DNA of 42,875 bases from an uncultured Ruminococcus sp. GTDB taxonomy: Bacteria > Bacillota > Clostridia > Oscillospirales > CAG-272. Location of the stretch: NCBI GenBank assembly GCA_902797235.1, contig CADBSB010000055.1, positions 1-42,875 on the forward strand. Reading direction: 5' to 3'. A program made the translations under genes and the position numbers. This document shows, in pieces, positions 16,847-26,741 of this stretch. Positions within the stretch are counted from its first letter, which is position 1. Every line of letters begins with the position of its first letter. The notes under the pieces were generated by a model, which searched no databases, had not been told where the DNA came from, and saw only the letters and a list, made by a program, of their open reading frames with translations.

Positions 16847-17866
16847 ATGAAAAAACTTATTTCCCTTATCCTCGTCGCGATATTCGCGATAGCAACGATC
16901 ACCGCCTGCACCCCCGCAAAACAGGAAAACTCTTTCACCGTCGGTATCTGCAACTACGTTGACGACGCGTCCTTAAACCAGATAGTGGCTAACATCAAAG
17001 ATCAGTTAAACAAGACCGCGACCGAAAAGAACGTAAAGATCGAAATAATCGAAAAAAACTGCAACGCCGATTCAAACGTTCTGAACCAGATAATAACCGA
17101 TTTCATCAGCCGCAAGGTTGACCTTATGGTAGGCGTGGCGACGCCCGTGGCGATAGCGATGCAGTCCGCGACCGAGGACAACAAGATACCGGTCGTATTC
17201 GCGGCGGTTTCCGACCCGGTAGGATCAGGTCTCGTCAATTCGCTTGAAAAGCCCGGCGCCAACATCACCGGCACCTCCGACTTCCTCGACACGAACGCCG
17301 TTATGAACCTTATATTCGCGCAGAACCCGAACGCGACAAAGATAGGTCTTCTCTACGACTTAGGTCAGGATTCCTCCAAAACGGCCATAAAATCCGCGAA
17401 AGAATACCTCACCGCCAAGGGCGTTGAGATAATAGAATATACCGGCACGAACACCTCCGAGATAGTTCTCGCCGCCGATAAAATAGCCTCCGACAAGTGC
17501 GACGCCGTATTCACGCCGTCCGACAACACGGTAATGACCGCCGAGCTTTCCATATACGAAAAGCTTGCGGACGCGGGCGTTCTCCACTACGCGGGCGCCG
17601 ATTCCTTCGCTTTGAACGGCGCGTTCTTAGGCTACGGCGTTGACTACGCAAACCTCGGCGTCGAGACCGCCAAAATGGTCACCGATATACTGCTTAACGG
17701 CAAAAAACCGGCTGAGTTTGCGGTAAAGACGTTTGACAACGGCACGGCGACGATAAACACCGACATCTGCACGAAGCTCGGTCTTGATTACGAACAGTTA
17801 AAGACCACGTTCGGTCCGCTCTGCACGAAGGTACAGCCGATAACGACGGCGGAAAGCTTCTCATAA
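16847..17866 (+). CDS. ABC transporter substrate-binding lipoprotein (ABC_sub_bind family; TrpX-like putative tryptophan/aromatic amino acid binding protein)
   Basis: Lipoprotein signal MKKLISLILVAIFAIATITAC. The start is moved from 16514 to the in-frame ATG at 16847, because 16514-16846 is the T-box leader. This family is known as a T-box(Trp)-controlled transporter. Confidence 0.85.
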   Translation: MKKLISLILVAIFAIATITACTPAKQENSFTVGICNYVDDASLNQIVANIKDQLNKTATEKNVKIEIIEKNCNADSNVLNQIITDFISRKVDLMVGVATPVAIAMQSATEDNKIPVVFAAVSDPVGSGLVNSLEKPGANITGTSDFLDTNAVMNLIFAQNPNATKIGLLYDLGQDSSKTAIKSAKEYLTAKGVEIIEYTGTNTSEIVLAADKIASDKCDAVFTPSDNTVMTAELSIYEKLADAGVLHYAGADSFALNGAFLGYGVDYANLGVETAKMVTDILLNGKKPAEFAVKTFDNGTATINTDICTKLGLDYEQLKTTFGPLCTKVQPITTAESFS

Positions 17867-17901
17867 TTCATAACAGGAAATAGTATAAAGGTAATTTGTA
17901 A

Positions 17902-18825
17902 ATGGACTTCGGCGATATTTTAGGCATAATACAGTCAGTCACGGAGCTGGGTTTGATCAGCTCCCTGACTGTTCTTGCCCTGTTTTTATCATATTCGATG
18001 TTGAACGTCTGCGACCTGTCGACGGACGGCTGCTTCACTCTCGGCGCCGCTGTGGGCGCCGTGGTGGCGTTATCCGGCCATCCGTACCTGTCGATCCCCG
18101 CGGCGATGGCGGCGGGCGTGCTCTCGGGCTTTGTGACCGCGTTTTTGCAGACGAGGATGGGCATAAACAGCCTTTTGTCGGGCATTATAGTAAACACGGG
18201 ACTTTATTCCGTAAATATCGCCGTTATGGGCGGCGCCTCGATTTTGAACCTGAACAAGACGGAGACAGTCTTTACAAAGGTCAAGGCGCTGCTCGAAAAC
18301 ACGTTTCTTGACGGCTGGCAAAAGGTCATAGTGGCGCTCGTCGCCGTCATCCTCATCCTGATCTTCATGGTGATATTCCTTAAAACCCGCCTCGGCCTTG
18401 CGATACGCGCGACGGGAGACAATACGGAAATGGTGCGTTATTCATCCATAAACCCCGTGTTCACCACGACCGTCGGGCTCTGCGTCGCAAACGCTTTTAC
18501 GGCTTTGTCCGGGTGCTTACTCGCGCAGTCGCAGAAATTTTCGGACATAAACATGGGTCAGGGCATAGTCACGGTGGCTCTCGCGTCGCTTTTGATCGGC
18601 GGCTCGATATTCTCCCGCGCTTCCGTCAAAGTGCGCGCGATAGGCGCTGTGGCAGGCGCGATAATCTTCCGCCTCGTATACGCCATAGCCCTCCGCTTCC
18701 AGATGCCGTCATATATGCTTAAGCTCGTATCCGCAGTCATCGTTATCTTCGCGATATTCATACCGTACATAAAAAAGCAGTACCCGATGCTCGCGAAGCG
18801 GATTTTCAGACGTAAGGAGGCGTGA
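17902..18825 (+). CDS. ABC transporter permease (TrpY-like)
   Basis: 307 aa polytopic protein, Gly/Ala/Leu-rich TM helices, operon position. Confidence 0.85.
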   Translation: MDFGDILGIIQSVTELGLISSLTVLALFLSYSMLNVCDLSTDGCFTLGAAVGAVVALSGHPYLSIPAAMAAGVLSGFVTAFLQTRMGINSLLSGIIVNTGLYSVNIAVMGGASILNLNKTETVFTKVKALLENTFLDGWQKVIVALVAVILILIFMVIFLKTRLGLAIRATGDNTEMVRYSSINPVFTTTVGLCVANAFTALSGCLLAQSQKFSDINMGQGIVTVALASLLIGGSIFSRASVKVRAIGAVAGAIIFRLVYAIALRFQMPSYMLKLVSAVIVIFAIFIPYIKKQYPMLAKRIFRRKEA

Positions 18826-19613
18826 TCATGCTTGAACTTATAAACGTGTCAAAGACCTTCAACGCGAACACGGAAAACGAGAAAAAGGCGCTGACGGACA
18901 TAAATTTAAAGGTCGACAACGGCGATTTCATAACGATAATCGGCTCTAACGGCGCGGGAAAATCAACGCTTTTCAACGCGATCTCCGGCGCTTTCCCGGT
19001 CGATACCGGAAAAATAACGCTCGATAATGACGATATAACGTTTCTGCCGGATTTCAAACGCGCGAAATTCATAGGCCGTCTGTTTCAGGACGTGAAGACG
19101 GGCACCGCGCCGTCCATGACGGTGGAGGAGAACCTCATGCTCGCCTCGGGCGGCGGTCACTGGCTGTCTATCGGCGGCAGAACGGAAAAGGCCGCGCTGC
19201 GCGAGCGCGTCGCGGCGCTCGGTCTGGGGCTTGAGGACAGGATGAAAACGCCGGTAGGACTTCTCTCGGGCGGCCAGAGGCAGGCTATTTCGCTTCTTAT
19301 GGCGACGCTCAACCCGCCGAAGCTCTTATTACTTGACGAGCACACGGCGGCGCTCGACCCCGCGGCGGCGGAAAAGATACTTGAAGTGACGGAAAGGACG
19401 GTCAAAGAGTACAATCTCACGTGCCTTATGATAACGCACAATATGTCCTCCGCCCTGTCTCTCGGCAACAGGACGATAATGATGACGGACGGACGGATCA
19501 TTTTCGATACGAAGGGCGAGGAGCGTTCTTCTCTTACGGTGGACGATCTGCTTTTGAAATTCAAGGCGAATTCCGGCAAGGCGCTTGACAACGACAGAAT
19601 ACTTCTGTCATAA
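18822..19613 (+). CDS. ABC transporter ATP-binding protein (TrpZ-like)
   Basis: Walker A GSNGAGKST, signature LSGGQRQ, Walker B LLLLDEHTAALD. 4 nt overlap with the permease gene. Confidence 0.92.
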   Translation: MIMLELINVSKTFNANTENEKKALTDINLKVDNGDFITIIGSNGAGKSTLFNAISGAFPVDTGKITLDNDDITFLPDFKRAKFIGRLFQDVKTGTAPSMTVEENLMLASGGGHWLSIGGRTEKAALRERVAALGLGLEDRMKTPVGLLSGGQRQAISLLMATLNPPKLLLLDEHTAALDPAAAEKILEVTERTVKEYNLTCLMITHNMSSALSLGNRTIMMTDGRIIFDTKGEERSSLTVDDLLLKFKANSGKALDNDRILLS

Positions 19614-19641
19614 AAAATTCATTTTATTTGTCTGCCGTATC

Positions 19642-19670
19642 TTGAATTCTTAATATATATTATGTATAAT
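19642..19670 (+). promoter_or_regulatory. Sigma-A promoter of the aromatic biosynthesis operon
   Basis: TTGAAT, a 17 nt spacer, then TATAAT. Confidence 0.6.
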
Positions 19671-19699
19671 TATAAAAAATACACACGGAGGAGCAAACT

Positions 19700-19744
19700 G
19701 TGAAAAAGCGCGGAAAGTTATTTTCTTACTTTTATTGCGGATAA
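19700..19744 (+). CDS. Candidate 14-codon leader peptide (V/M)KKRGKLFSYFYCG, rich in Phe and Tyr
   Basis: GGAGGAG lies 6 nt upstream of the GTG. Codons 8-12 are TTT TCT TAC TTT TAT. It sits between the promoter and a terminator hairpin that precedes pheA. Confidence 0.4.
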   Translation: MKKRGKLFSYFYCG

Positions 19745-19773
19745 CGGCGCTCTGTTTTGTGTAAGTCAGTTAC

Positions 19774-19816
19774 GCATCGCGGGACGCTTATCCGTCTTTC
19801 CGCGGTGCTTTTATTT
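19774..19816 (+). terminator. Intrinsic terminator (attenuator) immediately upstream of the pheA ribosome-binding site
   Basis: GCATCGCGGGA (19774-19784) pairs with TTCCGCGGTGC (19798-19808): 11 bp including 2 G-U pairs and a 13 nt loop. It is followed by TTTTATTT. The pheA GGAG and ATG follow within 20 nt. Confidence 0.7.
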
Positions 19817-19826
19817 CGGAGTTATT

Positions 19827-20918
19827 ATGAACAAGCTTGATCTGGCAAGAAAAACGATAAACGAGGCTGACGCGGAGATAGCGCGCCAGTTCGAGCGCCG
19901 CATGAACGCGGTGAAGCTCGTTGCGGAATACAAAAAGGAAAGAGGTATCCCGATATACGACGCGGAGCGCGAGGCGGCGGTGATAAAAAACAATTCGGCG
20001 CTTATAGAAAACAGGGAGCTTTGCGGCTATTACGTCGACTTTATGACGCACGTTATGAAGGTGTCGCGCGATTATCAGAGCTCTCTCATTTCGGGCGTGC
20101 GCGTGGCGTACAGCGGCGTTGAGGGCGCGTTTGCGTCTATCGCCGCAAAAAAGCTGTTCCCGGACGGCAACCGCGTAGCCTGCAAGGATTTTGCGGAGGC
20201 GTACAACGCCGTCGTCACGGGCGACTGCGAATGCGCGGTGATACCGATAGAAAACAGCTTTGCCGGCGAGGTCGGCGCCGTCGTCGATCTCATCTTCACC
20301 GGACCGCTTTACATAAACGACGTTTTCGATCTGACCGTGCGCCAGAACCTCATAGGTCTGCCCGGCGCGACGGAGAAAACCATAAGGACCGTCGTTTCCC
20401 ACCCGCAGGCGTTGTCACAATGTGCGGAGTACATCAAAAAGCAGGGGTACGAAACGCTTGAGTATTCCAATACCGCGCGCGCGGCGGAATACGTATCGAA
20501 GCAGAACGACGTAACGCTTGCCGCGATAGGCACGGTGGAGGCGGCGGAGATCTACGGGCTGAACGTAATATCGAGAAGCATCAACACGGGCGTTGACAAC
20601 ACTACCCGCTTTGCGGTCTTCTCCCGCAGGGAAAACGACGCGGGCAGAGGCGACAACTGCTTTATAATGGTCTTCACGGTCAAAAACCAGGCGGGCTCTC
20701 TTGCCGAGGCGATAAATATAATAGGCAAGCACGGCTATAATATGACGTCCTTGCACAGCCGCCCGATGAAAAATCTGCCGTGGCAGTATTACTTTTACGT
20801 TGAATGCGAGGGCAACGTCAGATGCGAGGCGGGCGCGGAAATGATGGCGGAATTGAAGCCGCTGTGCGACAAGCTGAAGCTCGCGGGCTCCTACAAGGAG
20901 GGAAAGATCTCCGTATGA
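19827..20918 (+). CDS. pheA: Bifunctional chorismate mutase / prephenate dehydratase (P-protein) with a C-terminal ACT domain
   Basis: N-terminal AroQ-type chorismate mutase helices (IDEADAEIARQFERRM...YK), a prephenate dehydratase domain (VAYSGVEGAFAS...; TRF) and an ACT-like tail. Confidence 0.9.
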   Translation: MNKLDLARKTINEADAEIARQFERRMNAVKLVAEYKKERGIPIYDAEREAAVIKNNSALIENRELCGYYVDFMTHVMKVSRDYQSSLISGVRVAYSGVEGAFASIAAKKLFPDGNRVACKDFAEAYNAVVTGDCECAVIPIENSFAGEVGAVVDLIFTGPLYINDVFDLTVRQNLIGLPGATEKTIRTVVSHPQALSQCAEYIKKQGYETLEYSNTARAAEYVSKQNDVTLAAIGTVEAAEIYGLNVISRSINTGVDNTTRFAVFSRRENDAGRGDNCFIMVFTVKNQAGSLAEAINIIGKHGYNMTSLHSRPMKNLPWQYYFYVECEGNVRCEAGAEMMAELKPLCDKLKLAGSYKEGKISV

Positions 20919-21916
20919 TACTTAAAGTGAATTTGGGCGAGCGCTCGTACGACATAGTAATAGAGCGCGGGGCGCTTAAAAACGCCGCTTCCCTGCTCGA
21001 CCTTGACAGACGCGTGCTGATCGTTACGGACACGGGAGTGCCGGCGGAATATTCCGCCGCCGTATCGTCGGCCTCAAAGCGCGCTTACACTTTCGTTATG
21101 GAGCAGGGCGAGGCAAGCAAGAATTTTGACAACCTTACGGGGATCCTGTCGCTTATGACGGACGGCGGATTCGGCCGCGGAGACTGCGTAGTCGCCGTAG
21201 GCGGCGGCGTGTGCGGAGATATAGCCGGGTTTGCGTCCGCTATATATATGCGCGGCGTTGATTTTTACAATATTCCTACGACGGTCTTGTCGCAGGTGGA
21301 TTCGTCCGTCGGCGGAAAGACTGCGATAGATTTCCGCGGTATAAAGAATTCCGTCGGCGCGTTCAAGCAGCCGAAAAAGGTAGTGATAGACCCGGATACG
21401 CTCAAAACCCTGCCGAAGCGCCAGATAAACAACGGTCTGTGCGAGGCGCTTAAAATGGCGGCGACGTCGGACAGGGAGCTGTTTGAGCTTTTCGAAACAT
21501 CGGACGTATACGAAAACATTGATATAATAACGGAAAAAAGCTTAAAGGTAAAAATAAACGTGGTGGAGCAGGACGAAAAGGAGACGGGTCTGCGCCGCGT
21601 ACTGAATTTCGGTCACACGCTCGGCCACGGTATAGAAAGCGTCTGCTCACCCGCGCTTTATCACGGTGAATGCGTGGCGCTCGGTATGCTTGCCATGTGC
21701 TCGGACGAGGTAAGGCAGAGGCTTATAAAAATATACGGCAGGCTCGGCGTTCCGCAAAAGGCGGATTTTGACAAAGACGCCGTAATGTACGCCGTGAAGC
21801 GCGACAAAAAGAAGACAATGGACGGCGTGAACGCCGTTATCGTAGATACCCCCGGGGAATTCAGATTCTCTTACACGAGCTTTGACGAGCTTGAAGAAAG
21901 GTTAGGTGCTCTATGA
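20915..21916 (+). CDS. aroB: 3-dehydroquinate synthase
   Basis: GGGVCGDIAGFASAIYMRGV, SSVGGKTAID and LNFGHTLGHGIE. Start set at ATG 20915 (ATGA overlap with the pheA stop) rather than the track start of 20804. Confidence 0.92.
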   Translation: MILKVNLGERSYDIVIERGALKNAASLLDLDRRVLIVTDTGVPAEYSAAVSSASKRAYTFVMEQGEASKNFDNLTGILSLMTDGGFGRGDCVVAVGGGVCGDIAGFASAIYMRGVDFYNIPTTVLSQVDSSVGGKTAIDFRGIKNSVGAFKQPKKVVIDPDTLKTLPKRQINNGLCEALKMAATSDRELFELFETSDVYENIDIITEKSLKVKINVVEQDEKETGLRRVLNFGHTLGHGIESVCSPALYHGECVALGMLAMCSDEVRQRLIKIYGRLGVPQKADFDKDAVMYAVKRDKKKTMDGVNAVIVDTPGEFRFSYTSFDELEERLGAL

Positions 21917-23004
21917 CGAAAAACACGATTGGAAACGCCTTGACGTTAACGCTTTTCGGCGAGAGCCACGGCTCCCACATCGGCGCCGTGCTCGACGGAC
22001 TTGCGCCCGGCGTAAGAGTTGACGAGGCGGACATCCGCCACGCCCTCGATATGCGCCGCCCGTCCGGAAAGATTGCGACGAAACGGCACGAGCCGGACGA
22101 ATTCTCGATCGTCAGCGGCGTTTATAACGGCAAAACGACGGGAACGCCGGTCTGCGTTATAATCAAAAACGAAAACGCGCAGAGCCGCGATTATGAGTAC
22201 GGTCCCGCGCGTCCCGGCCACGCCGATTACACGGCGTATATGAAATACCACGGCTTTGAGGACTTCCGCGGCGGCGGCCACTTCTCCGGCAGGGTCACGG
22301 CGGCTATCGTCGCCGCGTGCGCGATAGTGCGCTCGGCTTTAAAGCAAAAGGGCGTTTTTATCGGAACGCACATAAGCAGTCTTTGCAGTATAAGGGACAG
22401 AGGCTTTATTGACTACAAAGAGGATATAGAGCTGTTATATAACAGAGCGTTCCCGACGCTTATGGACGAGGCTGAGGAGCAGATGCGCTCCGCGGCGGAA
22501 AAATGCGCCGATCTCGGCGACAGTATAGGCGGCGTGCTTGAAACGGCGGCCGTGGGCGTGCCCGCGGGCGTCGGAGAGCCGTTTTTCGGAACGGTGGAAG
22601 GGGAGTTGTCCCGCGCGATATTCGCGATACCCGCGGTCAAGGGCGTATCGTTCGGCCTCGGCTCGGGCTTCGCCTCCGTGTTCGGCTCGGACGCGAACGA
22701 CGAGATGAGGTACGAGGGCGGCAAGGTGGTGTTCGACAAGAACAACAACGGCGGCGTCAACGGCGGCATAACCAACGGCGCGCCGATAATATTCAACACC
22801 GTGGTAAAGCCGACGCCCTCCGTCTACAAGCCGCAGAAAACGATTGACTTTGTAAAGGGTGAGAACATAGTTCACACCATAAAAGGCAGGCACGACCCGA
22901 TGATAATACACCGCGCCCGCGCCGTTGTGGACGCGCTTACCGCGTTTACGCTTGCCGATCTTCTCACCGTGAGGTACGGTGACGACTATTTATATTCCGA
23001 ATAA
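21913..23004 (+). CDS. aroC: Chorismate synthase
   Basis: LFGESHGSHIGAVLDG, RPGHADYT and GRHDP motifs. Confidence 0.95.
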   Translation: MTKNTIGNALTLTLFGESHGSHIGAVLDGLAPGVRVDEADIRHALDMRRPSGKIATKRHEPDEFSIVSGVYNGKTTGTPVCVIIKNENAQSRDYEYGPARPGHADYTAYMKYHGFEDFRGGGHFSGRVTAAIVAACAIVRSALKQKGVFIGTHISSLCSIRDRGFIDYKEDIELLYNRAFPTLMDEAEEQMRSAAEKCADLGDSIGGVLETAAVGVPAGVGEPFFGTVEGELSRAIFAIPAVKGVSFGLGSGFASVFGSDANDEMRYEGGKVVFDKNNNGGVNGGITNGAPIIFNTVVKPTPSVYKPQKTIDFVKGENIVHTIKGRHDPMIIHRARAVVDALTAFTLADLLTVRYGDDYLYSE

Positions 23005-23013
23005 GAGGTCTAA

Positions 23014-24249
23014 ATGAAATACGGTCTTATAGCCGAGAGGCTCGGTCACAGCTACTCTAAAATAATACACGAGCTTCTCGGAAGGTACAACTACGATCTT
23101 ATGCCGATGCCGAAGGAGGACGTTGAAGAGCTTTTGAAAAAGCGCGAATTTGACGGGCTGAACGTCACTATCCCTTATAAAAGCTACGTCATACCGTTCC
23201 TCGACTGGATAAGCACGGACGCCGGGCGCATAGGCGCCGTAAACACAATAGTCAACCGCGGCGGAAAGCTCTGCGGCTACAATACGGATTATTTCGGCTT
23301 TCAGATGACGCTTTATAAGGCGGAATTCGACGTTTCGGGCAAAAACGTGCTGATTCTCGGCTCCGGCGGAACGTCGAAGACGGTGCGCACGGTCTGCACG
23401 GACATGGGCGCAAAAAGAGTTCTCGTTGCGAGCAGGACGCCGGGCGAGGGGATGATAAGCTACGAGGCGTCAAAGGAGGCGTCCGTAGACTTCATAATAA
23501 ACACGACGCCCTGCGGTATGTTCCCGGACGAGGGCGTGTCGGCGATAGACATACGCGACTATAAAAACGTATCCGGCGTTGTGGACGTCGTTTTCAACCC
23601 GTTATACACAAAGCTCCTGCTCGATTGCAGGGAGGCGGGGATCCCGCACGTTAACGGGCTTTATATGCTCGTATCCCAGGCTATGGCGTCCGCGCATCTG
23701 TTCACCGGCAAGCCGGTGACGCGCAAGGAGACGGAGCGCATTTATAAAGCCGTGCGCGACACTACGGAAAACGCGGTGCTGATAGGCATGCCGTACTCCG
23801 GCAAGACTACGATAGGAAAGCTGCTCGCCGAAAAAACGGGCAAGGTCTTCATCGACACGGACGACGAGGTCGCAAAAGTCGTAGGCAATATACCGGAATA
23901 CATAAGAGATTATGGCGAGCGTGATTTCCGCGTGCACGAAAGCGAGGTCATAATAAAGCTGACAAAGACGGTGCGCGGCGCGGTCATAGCCACCGGCGGC
24001 GGCGCGGTGTTAAAGCCCGAAAACATAAGGGCGCTGCGCGAAAACGGCAGACTGTATTATATTGACCGCCGCGTGAATCTTATGAAGCCTGACGAGACGA
24101 GGCCGCTTTCATCAAACAAAAAGGCTCTCGCGATCAGGTATGCCGAGAGGAAAAACATTTACGCACGCGAGTGCGATATAAGGATAACGAACAATTCAAC
24201 ACCCGAAAGAGCCGTGCAGAAGATAATGCAGGACCGTATAGGTAAATAA
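23014..24249 (+). CDS. aroE/aroK: Fused shikimate dehydrogenase (N-terminal) and shikimate kinase (C-terminal)
   Basis: N-terminal half: NVTIPYK, GAVNTIV, YNTDYFG and GSGGTSK. C-terminal half: P-loop GMPYSGKTT, FIDTDDE and ATGGGAV. Confidence 0.88.
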   Translation: MKYGLIAERLGHSYSKIIHELLGRYNYDLMPMPKEDVEELLKKREFDGLNVTIPYKSYVIPFLDWISTDAGRIGAVNTIVNRGGKLCGYNTDYFGFQMTLYKAEFDVSGKNVLILGSGGTSKTVRTVCTDMGAKRVLVASRTPGEGMISYEASKEASVDFIINTTPCGMFPDEGVSAIDIRDYKNVSGVVDVVFNPLYTKLLLDCREAGIPHVNGLYMLVSQAMASAHLFTGKPVTRKETERIYKAVRDTTENAVLIGMPYSGKTTIGKLLAEKTGKVFIDTDDEVAKVVGNIPEYIRDYGERDFRVHESEVIIKLTKTVRGAVIATGGGAVLKPENIRALRENGRLYYIDRRVNLMKPDETRPLSSNKKALAIRYAERKNIYARECDIRITNNSTPERAVQKIMQDRIGK

Positions 24250-24678
24250 ATGAAAATACTTGTTATAAACGGCCCGAACATAAATATGCTCGGGACAAGA
24301 GAACCCGATATTTACGGAAAGAAAACGTATAAACAGCTGCTCGAATACATAACCGCGTACTGCGAGCAGAAAGACGTCGAGGTCTCGTTTTATCAGTCGA
24401 ATCACGAGGGCGACATAGTCGATATGATCCAGTCCGCGTACGGCAATACCGACGGTATAGTCATAAACCCCGCCGCGTACACGCATACGAGCGTTGCGAT
24501 ACTCGACGCGCTCAAATCCGTCGGTATAAGGACGGTCGAGGTGCATATCTCCGACGTCGACAAACGCGAGCCGTTCCGTCAGATAAGCTACGTCGGACTT
24601 TACGCCGAAAAAACGATAAAGGGCCTGGGCTTTGACGGATATATCAAAGCGATAGAATATCTATTGTATGGTGATTGA
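24250..24678 (+). CDS. aroQ: Type II 3-dehydroquinate dehydratase
   Basis: INGPNINMLGTREPDIYG, NHEG and VEVHISD motifs. Confidence 0.95.
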   Translation: MKILVINGPNINMLGTREPDIYGKKTYKQLLEYITAYCEQKDVEVSFYQSNHEGDIVDMIQSAYGNTDGIVINPAAYTHTSVAILDALKSVGIRTVEVHISDVDKREPFRQISYVGLYAEKTIKGLGFDGYIKAIEYLLYGD

Positions 24679-25861
24679 GATAAAAAAAGGCAGGGCGGAA
24701 GGTGAGATAAAAGCGCCGCCCGCGAAAAGCTTTGTGCACAGACAATTCATCTGCGCCGCGCTGTCAGACGGTATAAGCACGGTGAGAAATATCTGTCAAA
24801 GCGAAGATATAATGGCGACATCAGACTGCGCGCGCAGTCTCGGCGCCGGCGTGAAGATCGAAAACGATACGGCGTATATAACGCCGTCAAACGATATAAA
24901 AAGCGAGCTGTACTGTAGGCAAAGCGGAAGCACGATGCGGTTTTTCATCCCCGTGTGCCTGTCTTACGGCAAAGAGTTCACGCTGTACGGCGAGCCGGGA
25001 CTTTTAAAGCGGCCGTTTGACGTGTACCGCGAGCTGTGCGAAAAGCAGAATTTGTATTTCGAACAAACGGAAAAATTCATCCGCGTTAAAGGGCGTCTCG
25101 ATACGTCGGATATAACCGTATCCGGCGCGACGTCGAGCCAGTTCATAACGGGACTGCTGCTCGCCGCTCCGCTCTATGGCGGCGACAGCGTGATACGCAT
25201 CGCACCGCCGTTCGTCAGCCGTCCGTACGTTGACATAACTTTGTCCGTCATGTCGGATTTCGGCATAAAAGCCGTATGGCAGGACGAATATACGCTATAC
25301 ATCAAAGGCGGACAGAAATACAAAGCGACGGACTGCACGGCAGAGGGCGACTGGTCGGGCGCCGCGTTCTTATACGGCCTGAACGCGCTCGACGCCGACG
25401 TAACCGTCACGGGGCTGAACGAAAACAGTCTGCAAGGCGACAGAGTGATATTGAAGCAGTATGAGGAGCTGAAAAAAGGTCACGCGGATATTGATATAGC
25501 AGACTGCCCCGACAACGCGCCCGCGCTCATGGCGGTCGCCGCGGCGCATAACGGCTGCACGCTGTACGGCGCGTCGCGCCTAAAAATCAAGGAAAGCGAC
25601 AGAGGCGCCGCGATGGCAAAGGAACTGTCAAAATTCGGCGTTGACGTTACGGTCAAGGACGATACAATAGAGGTCGGGTACGGCATCAAAAAGCCGTCGG
25701 AGGCGATAGACGGTCATAACGACCACAGGATAGTTATGGCGGCCGCGCTCCTTCTTACGCTCACGGGCGGAAGGATAGACGGCGCGGAGGCCGTGGGCAA
25801 AAGCTACCCCGGATTTTTCCGGGATCTCAGCTCGCTCGGCATAAAAATAAAGCAGGGATAA
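24668..25861 (+). CDS. aroA: 3-phosphoshikimate 1-carboxyvinyltransferase (EPSP synthase), short form (397 aa)
   Basis: PPAKSFVHRQFICAAL, QSGSTMRF and NDHRIVMAAALL motifs. The exact start is uncertain because of an 11 nt overlap with aroQ. Confidence 0.88.
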   Translation: MVIEIKKGRAEGEIKAPPAKSFVHRQFICAALSDGISTVRNICQSEDIMATSDCARSLGAGVKIENDTAYITPSNDIKSELYCRQSGSTMRFFIPVCLSYGKEFTLYGEPGLLKRPFDVYRELCEKQNLYFEQTEKFIRVKGRLDTSDITVSGATSSQFITGLLLAAPLYGGDSVIRIAPPFVSRPYVDITLSVMSDFGIKAVWQDEYTLYIKGGQKYKATDCTAEGDWSGAAFLYGLNALDADVTVTGLNENSLQGDRVILKQYEELKKGHADIDIADCPDNAPALMAVAAAHNGCTLYGASRLKIKESDRGAAMAKELSKFGVDVTVKDDTIEVGYGIKKPSEAIDGHNDHRIVMAAALLLTLTGGRIDGAEAVGKSYPGFFRDLSSLGIKIKQG

Positions 25862-25865
25862 AATT

Positions 25866-26738
25866 ATGAAGCTTGATAAAAACACGAATATTCTGATAGT
25901 GGGCTTGGGTCTTTTGGGCGGAAGCTACGCGAAGGCGCTTACGAAAAAGGGCTTTACGGTAAAGTGCATAACGCGCTCTCAGTCGTCGGTCGACTACGCG
26001 CTGTCCGAGGGCATGATCTCGTACGGCACGACCGTACCGGAGCCGGAGCTTATCGGCTGGGCGGATCTTACAGTTTTCGCGCTCTACCCGCACGTGTTCG
26101 TCGAATGGATAGAAAAGTACGGAAAATACTTGAAAAAAGGCGCGGTCATAACAGACGTCACGGGCGTAAAATCGTGCGTCGTTTACAAAATCCAGGAGCT
26201 TTTACCGGACGGCGTTGAATTCATAGCGGCGCATCCTATGGCGGGGCGCGAGGTCTACGGCGTTCAGAACAGCGACGATTCGATATTCAAGGGCGCAAAC
26301 TATATCGTCACGCCGACGGACAAAAACACCGAGGACGCGATAAAGCTCTGCAAGGATCTGGGTCACACGCTCGGCTTTGCGCACGTGGCGGAGCTGACGC
26401 CGGAGAGCCACGACGATATGATAGCGTACCTGTCGCAGCTCACGCACTGTATCGCGATATCGCTCATGACGAGCAGCGACGTGCCGAAGCTCAAAGAGTA
26501 CACGGGCGATTCGTTCCGCGACCTGACGCGTATAGCGAGGATAAACGAGGATATGTGGACGGAGCTGTTTTTACTGAACAAAGACGCGCTCATATCCATG
26601 ATAGACAAGTTTTCGGGCGAGCTGTACCGTCTGCGCACGTACATAGCCGACGATAACGTCGACAAATTAAAGGAAATGATGCGCATTTCAACCGAGCGCC
26701 GGGCGGCGTTCGATAAAACGAAGATGACAGAGGATTAA
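25866..26738 (+). CDS. tyrA: Prephenate dehydrogenase
   Basis: NAD motif VGLGLLGGS, HPMAG, and operon context. Confidence 0.9.
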   Translation: MKLDKNTNILIVGLGLLGGSYAKALTKKGFTVKCITRSQSSVDYALSEGMISYGTTVPEPELIGWADLTVFALYPHVFVEWIEKYGKYLKKGAVITDVTGVKSCVVYKIQELLPDGVEFIAAHPMAGREVYGVQNSDDSIFKGANYIVTPTDKNTEDAIKLCKDLGHTLGFAHVAELTPESHDDMIAYLSQLTHCIAISLMTSSDVPKLKEYTGDSFRDLTRIARINEDMWTELFLLNKDALISMIDKFSGELYRLRTYIADDNVDKLKEMMRISTERRAAFDKTKMTED

Positions 26739-26741
26739 AAT

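Noticed and set aside
20804-20914. Upstream extensions of aroB (20804), cotJC (28345), maf (33019) and the C11 peptidase gene (6031-6090) as given in the ORF track
   Set aside because: The extensions overlap the preceding gene or lack a ribosome-binding site. Internal ATGs with a Shine-Dalgarno sequence or stop-start overlap give N-termini that match the family consensus.
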